DNA of 64,000 nucleotides, taken from the NCBI GenBank assembly GCA_963678065.2, contig CAXXVZ010000002.1, positions 32,001 to 96,000 of the forward strand, read 5' to 3'. A program made the position numbers and the translations under genes. Shown here piece by piece: positions 17,970 to 27,196 of this stretch. Position 1 is the stretch's first letter. Every line of letters starts with the position of its first letter. The DNA comes from Treponemataceae bacterium (GTDB lineage: Bacteria; Spirochaetota; Spirochaetia; Treponematales; Rectinemataceae). Below the pieces are notes generated by a model. That model had not been told where the DNA came from. It searched no databases and worked only from the letters and a program-made list of their open reading frames with translations.

Positions 17970-20027
17970 ATGGGTGCACAGAAACGAATCCTCATCCTGG
18001 GCGGCGGCTACGGCGGAGTCTGGGCCGGCAAAATCCTGGAAAAACAGTTCCGCAAGCGCGACGATGTCGAGATAACTCTCGTCGACATGAAGCCTTTCCA
18101 CACGCTCATGACCGAGCTGCACGAGGTCGCCGGATGGCGCACCGAGCCTGAGTCGGTCCAGGTGGGCTTCCGCAAGATCTTCGGAACCAAGCGGATCAAC
18201 GTCGTCCTGGACAGAATCACGAAGGTCGATATCGAGGGCAAGAAGGCCTTCTCGGCGAAGGCGGAGTATCCCTTCGACTACATCGTGGTCGGCGTGGGCG
18301 CCGAGCCTGAGTACTTCGGCATCCCCGGCGTGAAGGACAACTCCTTCTCCCTGTGGTCTTTCGAGGACGCGATGCGCCTTCGGAACCACGTCGAGCACGT
18401 CTTTATGGAGGCCGCCAAAGAGACCGACCCCGCGAAGCGCGCGCGCATGCTGACCTTCGTCGTCGCCGGCGCAGGATTCACCGGAATCGAGATGATCGGC
18501 GAGCTCCTCGAGTACCGCGATGTGATGTGCAAGAAATACTACCTCGACAAAAAAGAGGTCCGCGTCGTCAACATCGAGGCCCTGCCCTCCATCCTCCCCA
18601 TTCTCGAGGAACCCCTGCGCGCCAAGGCCGAGAAGTACCTGCAGAAGGTCGGCTGCGAGATCATGCTGAGCGCGGCCATTGTCGGCGCCGAACCGGGGAA
18701 GGTTCTCCTCAAGTCCGGCCAGATCGTCGAGACCGACACCTTCATCTGGACCTGCGGCGTCAAAGGCTCCGACTTCGCCGGAGCCCTGCCCGTTCCGATG
18801 GGCAGGCGCAACCGCATCGAGTGCGACCAGGAGATGAAGTCGACGAAGTATCCCTACGTCTACGTCGTGGGCGACAACGCCGGGCTCATGCTGGATGGAA
18901 AGCCGATGGCCCAGGTCGTCGAGTCCGCGCACTTCTCCGCCGAAGCCGCAGCCAAGAACATCATCGCCGACATCGACGGCGGAGAGCGCCACACCTTCAA
19001 ACCGAACTACCACGGCTTCATGGTCTCGATCGGCGGCAAGTACGCCGTGGCCAACGCCGGCGGCATGAAGACTTCCGGCCTCATCGCCATGGCGATGAAG
19101 CACATGATCAACATGTACTACCTGTTCTGCATCGCCGGCATCAACCAGGTGTGGGAGTACTTCAAGCACGAGTTCCTCGACATGCACAACAAGCGCACGG
19201 TGATCGGCGGCTTCATCACGCACAAGGTCCGCTCTTACTGGCCGCTGCTTCTGCGCATGTGGCTCGGTCTCATGTGGATCATGGAAGGCGTGAACAAGAT
19301 CGGCGAGGGCTGGCTGGCCTTCTCCGCCGGCTCCAAATCGAGCTGGATGTTCTCCAAGGGCGTCGTGCAGGCCGGCGTGAAAGCCGTCGCCGACGCGGCG
19401 GCGGCAGCCGGCGCGGATGCCGCAAGCGCCGCTTCCGCCGCCTGGGACGGAGCCGCCACCACAGTCACCACGATCGCGGCTGCTGCCACGAGCGCGGCCT
19501 CGGCCGTCCCGACGACGACAACCATCGCAGACGCGACGAGCGCCGCCACTGCGGCTGCAACCGCTGTCGCTCCCGCCGCGACGGATGCGGTCGTCCAGAC
19601 CGGAGCCGCCGCCGCGAAGGCATTCGGCAAGGTCTGGGATCTGACGAAGCCCATCATCGCCCCGGACTCGGGCTTCGTGACCTGGTTCCGCACCACCTTC
19701 ATGGACGGGATCATGGCCTTCCTGCCCTTCCAGTTCTTCCAGGCGATGATCGTCGTCATGGAGATCGGAATCGGCCTCGCCCTCTTCGGGGGCTGCTTCA
19801 CCTGGCTCGCCGCCGCGGCCAGCATCGTGATGTGCTTCGTATTCACGTTCTCGGGCATGTTCGCCTGGGACCAGCTCTGGTTCTTCTTCGCCGGCATCCT
19901 GATGCTCGGTGGGCTCGGCCGCGCCTTCGGCTGCGACTATTGGGTCGTCTCCTTCTTCAAAAAGTGGTGGAACGGCACCAGGTTTGCCCGCAAATGGCAT
20001 TTCTACGCCGACGATCCCACGAAATGA
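17970..20027 (+). CDS. ndh: Type II NADH dehydrogenase fused to a C-terminal DoxX-like membrane domain (Ndh2-like)
   Basis: GGGYGG, FVVAGAGFTGIEM, WTCGV, YVVGD, then TM helices with an Ala/Thr-rich loop. RBS aaggag precedes ATG 17970. Confidence 0.85.
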   Translation: MGAQKRILILGGGYGGVWAGKILEKQFRKRDDVEITLVDMKPFHTLMTELHEVAGWRTEPESVQVGFRKIFGTKRINVVLDRITKVDIEGKKAFSAKAEYPFDYIVVGVGAEPEYFGIPGVKDNSFSLWSFEDAMRLRNHVEHVFMEAAKETDPAKRARMLTFVVAGAGFTGIEMIGELLEYRDVMCKKYYLDKKEVRVVNIEALPSILPILEEPLRAKAEKYLQKVGCEIMLSAAIVGAEPGKVLLKSGQIVETDTFIWTCGVKGSDFAGALPVPMGRRNRIECDQEMKSTKYPYVYVVGDNAGLMLDGKPMAQVVESAHFSAEAAAKNIIADIDGGERHTFKPNYHGFMVSIGGKYAVANAGGMKTSGLIAMAMKHMINMYYLFCIAGINQVWEYFKHEFLDMHNKRTVIGGFITHKVRSYWPLLLRMWLGLMWIMEGVNKIGEGWLAFSAGSKSSWMFSKGVVQAGVKAVADAAAAAGADAASAASAAWDGAATTVTTIAAAATSAASAVPTTTTIADATSAATAAATAVAPAATDAVVQTGAAAAKAFGKVWDLTKPIIAPDSGFVTWFRTTFMDGIMAFLPFQFFQAMIVVMEIGIGLALFGGCFTWLAAAASIVMCFVFTFSGMFAWDQLWFFFAGILMLGGLGRAFGCDYWVVSFFKKWWNGTRFARKWHFYADDPTK

Positions 20028-20158
20028 CTGAAAAGCCGTGGCCTTCACGGTATGTTGAATGACATCCCCGCTCAGGTGGTTCCCGGCGAAGGCCCGGATC
20101 GAAATCGGCCGCTGCCTGAGACATTCTGAGCGGGAATGATCGATTGTTCGGGAAGAGA

Positions 20159-21139
20159 ATGAACGGATATTGGAATGATACACCCGGCCTCCGGGCGCGC
20201 CTTCTGCGCGTCGAGGCTATTATGGAAGAGACCGTCCGGGATCCTTCCTTCCCGCTCGGGGACCAGGTCGCGCAGATCGCCCTCTCGCAGGGAAAAATGC
20301 TCCGGCCTGCCCTCCTTCTGATCGGCTCCGGTTTCGGCCGTCCCATCCGGGGAGCCGCGCCTCCTGCGACGATAGAGAGGCTGGCCGCGGCCGTCGAGCT
20401 TCTGCACACGGCCACCCTCATCCACGACGACGTGCTCGACAAGGCGGAGACGAGGCGGGGCTTACCCACGCTGCACACCCGCTTCGGCACGGTCGAGGCC
20501 GTCCTCGCCGGCGACTGGCTTCTCTCGCGCTGCTTCCGGCTCGCTTCGGAAAACGCCGGCCCCGAAAACGCGCGGCTGCTGTCCCGCCTCGTCGGCTCGG
20601 TCTGCTCAGCGGAAATAGCCCAGGATCTGGGCAAATTCGGCTACACGACCAGCGTCCGCGCATACATGCGCACGATCGCCGGCAAGACGGCCGCCCTCTT
20701 CTCCCTGGCACTGCACACCGGCGCCTCCGAGTCCAAGGCCAAGCCCGCCGTGACCTCGACCCTGAGACGGGCGGGATACTGCATAGGCATGGCCTTCCAG
20801 GTCATCGACGACATCCTCGACTGCGAATCGACCGAAGGCGTCATGGGAAAGCCGGTCGGCAAGGACATCAGGGAGGGGCTCTGCACTCTGCCCCTCATCC
20901 ACGCCCTGCGGGCTGATCCGGCCGGCATGAAGGCCCTCCTTGTGCGGACGAGGGAGGACGACTCTGTCGTCGGAACCGTCATCGCGAGGATTTTCGAGCT
21001 GGGCGGGATAGACAGGGCGAGGGAGACTGCACACCTGTTCACGGAAAGGGCGCGGCGGGAGATCGCCCGCCTGCCCGGGCTTCCGCAGAAGGACGAGCTC
21101 TCTCTCCTCGCCGAAAGGCTGCTTACGCGCAGGTACTGA
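20159..21139 (+). CDS. Polyprenyl diphosphate synthase (heptaprenyl/octaprenyl type)
   Basis: GKMLRP, LIHDDVLD, RRG, GKTAALF, FQVIDDILD, GKPVGKD. Confidence 0.92.
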   Translation: MNGYWNDTPGLRARLLRVEAIMEETVRDPSFPLGDQVAQIALSQGKMLRPALLLIGSGFGRPIRGAAPPATIERLAAAVELLHTATLIHDDVLDKAETRRGLPTLHTRFGTVEAVLAGDWLLSRCFRLASENAGPENARLLSRLVGSVCSAEIAQDLGKFGYTTSVRAYMRTIAGKTAALFSLALHTGASESKAKPAVTSTLRRAGYCIGMAFQVIDDILDCESTEGVMGKPVGKDIREGLCTLPLIHALRADPAGMKALLVRTREDDSVVGTVIARIFELGGIDRARETAHLFTERARREIARLPGLPQKDELSLLAERLLTRRY

Positions 21140-21160
21140 AAGAAATATGGGCTTGCCATG

Positions 21161-21214
21161 AGAAGGCCCGGCCGGTCCCTCGGGAGTTTTCCCGAAGGGC
21201 GGGTCGGGCCTTCT
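21161..21214. terminator. Long hairpin between convergent genes
   Basis: agaaggcccggcc ... ggtcgggccttct. Confidence 0.55.
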
Positions 21215-21242
21215 CCTACAGCAGACCTGCGGATGACAGGGA

Positions 21243-21881
21243 TCAGGTTTCGCGGACGTCGATGATCTCGCGCACGACGGGCTTCACCACTTCGACGAGT
21301 TTGCCCATCGCGACGCCCTGCACTTTGAAGGTGAGGCGCCACTCGGCCCTGTCCTCGTAGGCACCGAAGCCGACAATGTCGCCGCCGGCCGCAGCGATCG
21401 CGGCGGAAATGCGCGCGAAGGTGCCCTTCTCGCCCAAGACGGCGGCTGTGAGGCGGACTCCGCCCCTGCGCCCGCCGAGGAGTTCCAGGAATGCGCGGAA
21501 CATGTCCGTCTCGGTGATGATGCCGACGAGCTTCCCCTCATTGACGACGGGCAGGCCGCCGATCTTGTTGTCGGCCATGATGCGGGCGGCTTCCTCGAGG
21601 GGAGTCTCGCCGTCCACCGAGATGATATGCTTCGTCATCACCTTTTCGACCGTGAGGCGCGCCATGAGATAGTGCACCTCGTAGACCGAGAGGGATGTCG
21701 TCGGCGAAGGGGAAGCGTAGAGAAGGTCCTTCTCGGACACGATGCCGACAAGCTTTCCGGAATGGTCGAGCACGGGAGTACGCCGGATCTTGCGGTCGTG
21801 CATGAGCTTGAGGGCGTCGGGAACAGGGGTATCGGACAGGACGGTGATGGGATTCGTCGTCATGCGCTCGTGGACAAGCAT
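21243..21881 (-). CDS. CBS-pair plus ACT domain protein (AcuB-like)
   Basis: MTTNPITV, KLVGIVSEKD, IGGLPVV, GIITETD, C-terminal ACT-like segment. Confidence 0.88.
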   Translation of the reverse strand: MLVHERMTTNPITVLSDTPVPDALKLMHDRKIRRTPVLDHSGKLVGIVSEKDLLYASPSPTTSLSVYEVHYLMARLTVEKVMTKHIISVDGETPLEEAARIMADNKIGGLPVVNEGKLVGIITETDMFRAFLELLGGRRGGVRLTAAVLGEKGTFARISAAIAAAGGDIVGFGAYEDRAEWRLTFKVQGVAMGKLVEVVKPVVREIIDVRET

Positions 21882-22063
21882 GGAGGCCTCCTTTGATGCA
21901 GTGCTGGCGGGGCGTGGGAGACGGCGCCTGAGGCCGTCAGATGGACACCCTGTCTATCCGAATATAATCCAGCCCGCCCGCGGAAGCCAGTCCGCAGTCT
22001 CTGCGCCTTGGAGGGAACCGGCCCCTTTTCAGCCCACGGCGGCCCGTAGTATCTTCCGCCACG

Positions 22064-22642
22064 ATGCTGACCTACATACTCGTCGCGGTAGCGCTTTCCA
22101 TGGACGCTTTCGCCGTATCCGTTTCGAGCGGAATATGCATTCCCCACCTGAAACTGCGCCACGCGCTGCGCGCCTCCGCGGCCTTCGGCCTCTTCCAGTT
22201 TTTCATGCCGGTCGCAGGGTGGCTCGTCGGCGGCGCCTTCCGCTCGCTCATCCAGGGATTCGACCACTGGATAGCCTTCATCCTGCTCGCTTTCGTCGGC
22301 GGAAAAATGATAAAGGAATCCTTCGACATCGAAGACCCCAGCTCCTGCGACGATCCGGATGAAGCGAAGGGCATCCTCGACCTGAAGACCCTTCTCGTTC
22401 TCGCCGTGGCGACGAGCATAGACGCACTCGCGGTCGGCCTGTCTTACAGCGTTCTCGGCCAGCCCATCTTCCTCCCCTCGATCATAATCGGAGTCGTCAC
22501 CTTCGCCCTCTGTCTCGTCGGCACGGAATTCGGAAAGAAGCTCGGCACGGCCTTCGAACGATGGGCCGAAATCGCGGGAGGAGCCATGCTCGTCATCATC
22601 GGGCTCAAGATCCTCGTCGAGCATCTCCTGAAATCGGTGTAG
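22064..22642 (+). CDS. mntP: Manganese efflux pump MntP family
   Basis: ALSMDAFAVS, FQFFMP, DHWIAF, ATSIDALAVG. Confidence 0.93.
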   Translation: MLTYILVAVALSMDAFAVSVSSGICIPHLKLRHALRASAAFGLFQFFMPVAGWLVGGAFRSLIQGFDHWIAFILLAFVGGKMIKESFDIEDPSSCDDPDEAKGILDLKTLLVLAVATSIDALAVGLSYSVLGQPIFLPSIIIGVVTFALCLVGTEFGKKLGTAFERWAEIAGGAMLVIIGLKILVEHLLKSV

Positions 22643-22712
22643 CGCGGCAGGCGAAAGATCATTCTGGACATTCCTCGCCCATCTGCGCGCGGGAATCCGC
22701 CCGCCTCCTCCG

Positions 22713-23459
22713 TCACTCCAGCTTGATTTTTGCCCAGGAGGCGGAGAGTCCGGTGTACTTGCCGCCTCCCGGGGGCGTCTGGGTGAGGACCGTCGATCCG
22801 GTTTTGATCAGGCTGCGCTCGAACACGCACCAGTCCTTGTCGGAGGCGGAGAGGCGGGCTGTCAGCTCCGCCGGAAGTGTCAGCTTTGTCGCGCCCGTTG
22901 TTTCGGTCGATAGGGTCGTGAGGATAAAACCCCAATCGTCGGTTATGCTGAAGGAAGCGGTCTCGCCCGCGGCGAGGGAAGGATCGGCGGGGTTCCAGGT
23001 CGCGTCGTAGGCCACGCCGCGCGTGAGTTTGGGAGCGAAGCGGTCCGCGTCGACCTGAGCCCTGATGGCGGAGGGAAGCGCGAGGGTGTTGGTGAAGGAC
23101 CTGCTCTTGCCGTCCGTGTAGACGACGACTCCGGATTCCACGCGGCCGAACTTCTTCCAGACGAAGCCTTCCTGGTTGCTCCAGTATTCGGAGGCCCGCC
23201 CGTCGAGCACGACATCGTGCGCGAGGGAGGAGTCGATTATGCTGCCCGCCTTCCTCGTGTCCCAGAGTTTTACCTGGAAGGTCGTCTCGTTGTGGTAGTC
23301 GTCGTAGAGCGCGATGAGTTCGAGCTTGACCTTGTCCCAGTCGACCTCGTCGCGGGATATGGGGTTGCAGGCCGAGAACAGCATGAGAACGACAGCAAGT
23401 GCGACGCTCAGCGTCGCAGTCAGTGTAAAGATCGTGGCGGGTTTTTTACGCATCGGCAT
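22713..23459 (-). CDS. Hypothetical lipoprotein
   Basis: Basic N-terminus, hydrophobic core, lipobox LFSAC. RBS ggagg. Confidence 0.65.
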   Translation of the reverse strand: MPMRKKPATIFTLTATLSVALAVVLMLFSACNPISRDEVDWDKVKLELIALYDDYHNETTFQVKLWDTRKAGSIIDSSLAHDVVLDGRASEYWSNQEGFVWKKFGRVESGVVVYTDGKSRSFTNTLALPSAIRAQVDADRFAPKLTRGVAYDATWNPADPSLAAGETASFSITDDWGFILTTLSTETTGATKLTLPAELTARLSASDKDWCVFERSLIKTGSTVLTQTPPGGGKYTGLSASWAKIKLE

Positions 23460-23534
23460 TCCTCCGGATATCGTTCATGGCCAATCATAGATCCGCGCGA
23501 GGTCGCGCGCAAGCGGATATCAGGTTTTTGTCAC

Positions 23535-24806
23535 TCAAATCGAAATCATCGATCCCGCAGCCATAAGGATGTACGCGGCCGCGACGATCCACCCCCATAC
23601 AGGCTTGTCCACGGACGCGGGCAAGAGGGTCACGGCCCCGACGCGGGCGCGGTAGCGCCGGTAGGCAGGCACGAGGAGGACGGCGACGAGGACAGCGATG
23701 CCGCCGCCCGCAGTGCGCATGAAGCCGAGGAAGCCGCCTGCGAAGGACAGCGCGAGAGTCGGAACGGTCGCAAGGAGGAATGCGGCAAAGGGCCCTATCC
23801 CCAGACGCTCGCGCAGAATGTCGGCGAGGGCCTGGGCGATCGACCAGTAGCTCGTGAGCATGGCGAGCATGACGAAGACCGTTCCCGCGACGCCAGCCCA
23901 GGGGCCGAGGGCGGCGGCCCAGCCGACCGTCGCGATGCCGGTGACATCGCCCGACACGGCCAGTGTGAGGAGGATGACCGCGGCGATGATGCCGGCATTG
24001 ATGCCGAGACCGGAGGCTACGGCGCGGACGATGAGTCCGGGTCTGTCCGAGAGCCCGTTCACGGCCTGGGGCACGGAAAAAAAGGCCGAGAAAGAGAACA
24101 TAGCCATGCCGTAGAGGGCGAGAACGCGCGAAGGTGTCGGCGTGGCAGGGCGGGCCGCGAGGGCGAGTCCCGTCCCGGCGACCTTCACGACCGTGGCGAC
24201 GGCGAGGACGGCGAAGAGGGCGAGCATCGCCCCGATCGCCCATTTCTCGGCCACGCCGAGAGCTTTCAGTCCCATGGCGGCCACGGCGGCGGCCGCGGCG
24301 TAGAACACGATGTTGCCGGCCGCCGCGGGCAGCCCGAGAGAGGCGCTGAAGCCGGAGAGCACTTCCCCTCCTCCGGCGACATAGGCCGCGAGGTTCGTGA
24401 AGAAAGCGATCGCCATGAGGACGAAGAAGAGCCAGGTGAGAATACCCCCGGCGCGTCCCGTGAAGAGGTATTTCCGGAACAGTTCGAGGATCTGGCTTCC
24501 CTTTCCGTCGCCGGCGCAGAGTTCGGCGATCATCAGGTGCAGAAGCAGGCTGAGAAAGTAAGCTGCCACGATGACGAGAAAGGAGATGCCGAGTCCATTG
24601 AGAGAGACGAGCCAGGGCAGGGCGAGGACACCGCCGCCGATTCCGTAGCCCGCGATGATTCCCGAGGCCTCGCGGAGGGTCAGTTTTCCTCGTGGCGGGA
24701 CGAGGGCTCCGGCACTTTTCAGAGTGCCTGCGGCGCCTGTCCCCGACACGGTCCCTGTGCCCGCCTCTTTGCCTCTGCCCGCAGAGCTGTTTTCATCGGT
24801 GTTCAC
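23535..24806 (-). CDS. Amino-acid permease (aromatic amino acid/APC-like)
   Basis: GIIAGYGIGGGVLALP and about 11 TM segments. Overlaps the amidohydrolase stop. Confidence 0.75.
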   Translation of the reverse strand: MNTDENSSAGRGKEAGTGTVSGTGAAGTLKSAGALVPPRGKLTLREASGIIAGYGIGGGVLALPWLVSLNGLGISFLVIVAAYFLSLLLHLMIAELCAGDGKGSQILELFRKYLFTGRAGGILTWLFFVLMAIAFFTNLAAYVAGGGEVLSGFSASLGLPAAAGNIVFYAAAAAVAAMGLKALGVAEKWAIGAMLALFAVLAVATVVKVAGTGLALAARPATPTPSRVLALYGMAMFSFSAFFSVPQAVNGLSDRPGLIVRAVASGLGINAGIIAAVILLTLAVSGDVTGIATVGWAAALGPWAGVAGTVFVMLAMLTSYWSIAQALADILRERLGIGPFAAFLLATVPTLALSFAGGFLGFMRTAGGGIAVLVAVLLVPAYRRYRARVGAVTLLPASVDKPVWGWIVAAAYILMAAGSMISI

Positions 24807-26500
24807 AATTTCCTCCCGCGTCGTTTCAAAAGCGATGCCGCGAAGCCGAGGACATCCTCCGGCGGCGTCTCGAGGCGTCTGCCCTCGACCCAGGTTTCCC
24901 TGACCCGCAGGCTGTGTATTCTGTCCCTCGGAACCTCGAAGGGGTCCTCGTCGAGGACGGCGAAATCGGCGAACTTGCCCGGCTCGAGAGTTCCGCGCTC
25001 GTCTTCCTCGAAGGCCGCGTAGGCCCCTCCGAAACTGTAGGCCCGAAGTGCCTGATAGACCGTGAGCCTCTCGGATGCGACCGGATGGTCCACCGCGCCG
25101 GCGATCTGGACAAAGGGATCGAAGTCCTGGACGGGGGCGTCGGTGGACAGGGCGAGGACGCAGCCGGCATCGTGCATGGATTTCAGGGGAGTCATGAGCC
25201 CGCGCGTTTCGGCGTCGAGGGCTTCGTCGTAGGAGTGGACGAAGTGCGAATCCGCCCAGAGAAAGCCGGGCTGGACTGCCGTCACGATCCTGCGGCGCCC
25301 GGCCCTCTCGACCTGATCGGGCCGGGGAAGCTCGAAGTGCTCGATGCGCAGGCGCGCCGCGTTGGAGGGGTCTCCCGTCTCATCGAGAACGCGCTCGCAG
25401 GCGGAAAGCACGGATTCGATGGCTCGGGTTCCGATGGCGTGGGCCGAAGTCTGGTATCCTGAGCGGACGAAGGGCGCGATGAGGCTGTAGGCCTCATCCG
25501 GGCTGCGGTAGAGTTCCCCCCGGTGGCCGGGTCTGTCCAGGTAGTCGCGCTCGAGGGCGGCGCTGCGCGAGGAGATCGAGCCGTCCATCTCCCACGCGAG
25601 GCAGCCTCCGACGCGCCGGCGCGACAGGAGGCGGAGCTTCGGGCCGAGCCTGGCGGGATCGGTGTACTGGATGTAGAGTTTGAGCCGCAGTTGAAGATGA
25701 CCAGCGACGAGGCCGAGGATGGAGAGGCCGGGATCGCTCTTCGCGTCGTCGAATCCCTCCAGGCAGTGGATCGTGGACAGGCCTGACCGGGCCGCCTCCC
25801 CGACAGCGTGAGAAAAGCCCCGGGCCAGCGCGGAGAACGACAGGCTTTTCATGATGCCGTCGGTCACCTTCCCCATGTTGAACTCGTGGGCTTCGCCCGT
25901 GAGAAGGCCGTCGCGGGCGATTTTTTCGAAACCGAAAAGCCTCTGCGCGGGCGTGGAGTAAGCCGAAGAGTGCCCGTCCATGGCGAAGATGGCGACGACG
26001 CGGCCCGGAAGCCAGGCGTCGAGTTCGGCGGCCGTGGGCAGGCGCCGCTCCGCGAGGCCGCCGGCAAAGGCGCCGTAACCCAAAATGGGGCCGCGGGGAA
26101 TCGTGCGCGCGTGGGCGAGAAGGAGCTCGGCCAGCCCTTCGAGCCGGTCCGGCATGATTCGGCCGTTTTCCAGCCGGCCGAGCCTGACAGCGAGAGCGGA
26201 GAGTGCGACTTTGGGCATGAAGTGGGCGTGGGCGTCCGTGAAGGCGGGCACGACGATTTTTCCGCCCAGGTCGACGATATCGCAGTCTTCACGCGCGCCG
26301 GCGGCGCCCTCCGGAAGACCGGCGGCAGGCTGCCCCGCGTCGCTTCCCCGCGCGCCCCGCGTCCCGGCTCCCGACGCTTCCGCCGGTATGAGCCGGACGA
26401 TCCTTCCGTCGGCGCCGACCAGCATGGAGGAAAATTCTTCGCCTTCCGCGGCGAGGCCGTAGATCCTGCATCCAGTGAAGAGGGTCGGGCGCTTCATCAT
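24803..26500 (-). CDS. Amidohydrolase (YtcJ-like, Amidohydro_3)
   Basis: DLGGKIVVPAFTDAHAH, AHAIG, RIEH, STDAP, GTLEPGKFADFAVL. Confidence 0.88.
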   Translation of the reverse strand: MMKRPTLFTGCRIYGLAAEGEEFSSMLVGADGRIVRLIPAEASGAGTRGARGSDAGQPAAGLPEGAAGAREDCDIVDLGGKIVVPAFTDAHAHFMPKVALSALAVRLGRLENGRIMPDRLEGLAELLLAHARTIPRGPILGYGAFAGGLAERRLPTAAELDAWLPGRVVAIFAMDGHSSAYSTPAQRLFGFEKIARDGLLTGEAHEFNMGKVTDGIMKSLSFSALARGFSHAVGEAARSGLSTIHCLEGFDDAKSDPGLSILGLVAGHLQLRLKLYIQYTDPARLGPKLRLLSRRRVGGCLAWEMDGSISSRSAALERDYLDRPGHRGELYRSPDEAYSLIAPFVRSGYQTSAHAIGTRAIESVLSACERVLDETGDPSNAARLRIEHFELPRPDQVERAGRRRIVTAVQPGFLWADSHFVHSYDEALDAETRGLMTPLKSMHDAGCVLALSTDAPVQDFDPFVQIAGAVDHPVASERLTVYQALRAYSFGGAYAAFEEDERGTLEPGKFADFAVLDEDPFEVPRDRIHSLRVRETWVEGRRLETPPEDVLGFAASLLKRRGRKL

Positions 26501-26638
26501 CCTTGGCATGATACACCTCTCCCGGGCAGAAAGACACAGAGCCAACCATATTTCGCCGTTTCGACGAGCGGACCATCCCGGCGCGCCGGTCCTCCGGGTT
26601 TGCCGGATCGCGAGAATTCACGGCAACACTATCCACGG

Positions 26639-26670
26639 TTCATACGGCGTTCACACCGAGCGAGTAGGAT
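26639..26670 (+). promoter_or_regulatory. TTCAY-N6-TTCAY-N10-(-10) promoter, candidate OmpR-family box
   Basis: TTCAT acggcg TTCAC accgagcgag TAGGAT, with another in-phase TTCAC at 26617. Confidence 0.6.
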
Positions 26671-26701
26671 CAGATCCAGCTTTCAATTCGGAGGATCCTT
26701 G

Positions 26702-27196
26702 ATGGCACAATCGAGTTCCGGCAGGATTTCTTGCGGAATTTTCCGCATCATCATGGCAGGCATCGCTCTCGCGCTTATCGCCGCTCCCATCGCTTTTTCC
26801 CAGGAATCGGGAGCGCAAAAGTCCGCCGATTGGGGCATCGTGATAAACAAGAAGGACATCACCGCAAAAGCCAAATTCTACCCTTATGCCCTGAACGGCA
26901 AGAATATGGAGGTTTTCGCGGTCAGGGCGTCGGACGGCACGATCCGCACCGCGCTCAACACATGCCAGGTCTGCTACGGCTCGGGGCGCGGGTATTACAG
27001 ACAGGAAGGCTCGGTTTTCGTCTGCCAGAACTGCGGCAACAGGTTCAGTCTCGACCAGATCGAGAAGATCAAGGGCGGCTGCAATCCGATCCCGATCCTC
27101 GGCAAAGACAAGACCGATTCAGGCGATTCGATCGGCATTTCCAAAGACTACCTCGCGAGCGTCATGCCCTATTTCGCGAGGTGGAAGAAGAACTGA
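26702..27196 (+). CDS. DUF2318 / FtrD-like exported Fe-S-type protein
   Basis: Signal peptide, NTCQVC...YYRQEG...CQNCGNRF...GGCNPIP. RBS ggagg. Confidence 0.82.
   Translation: MAQSSSGRISCGIFRIIMAGIALALIAAPIAFSQESGAQKSADWGIVINKKDITAKAKFYPYALNGKNMEVFAVRASDGTIRTALNTCQVCYGSGRGYYRQEGSVFVCQNCGNRFSLDQIEKIKGGCNPIPILGKDKTDSGDSIGISKDYLASVMPYFARWKKN

Noticed and set aside
17805..20183. 792-aa minus-strand ORF opposite ndh, and many similar long overlapping ORFs in the track
   Set aside because: Antisense or alternate-frame shadows expected at high GC3. The real genes on the other frame have clear motifs.
9619..21139. Archaeal-type ether-lipid biosynthesis (G1PDH plus prenyl synthase)
   Set aside because: The genes are 9 kb apart, no GGGP or DGGGP synthase is in the window, and the synthase fits quinone side-chain synthesis next to ndh better
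21890..22063. yybP-ykoY Mn riboswitch upstream of mntP
   Set aside because: No recognisable conserved GGGGAGUAGC-type core, and the gene looks leaderless
25808..26701. N-terminal extension of the DUF2318 ORF (462-aa call)
   Set aside because: Antisense to the amidohydrolase. The real start is at 26702 after a promoter and RBS.
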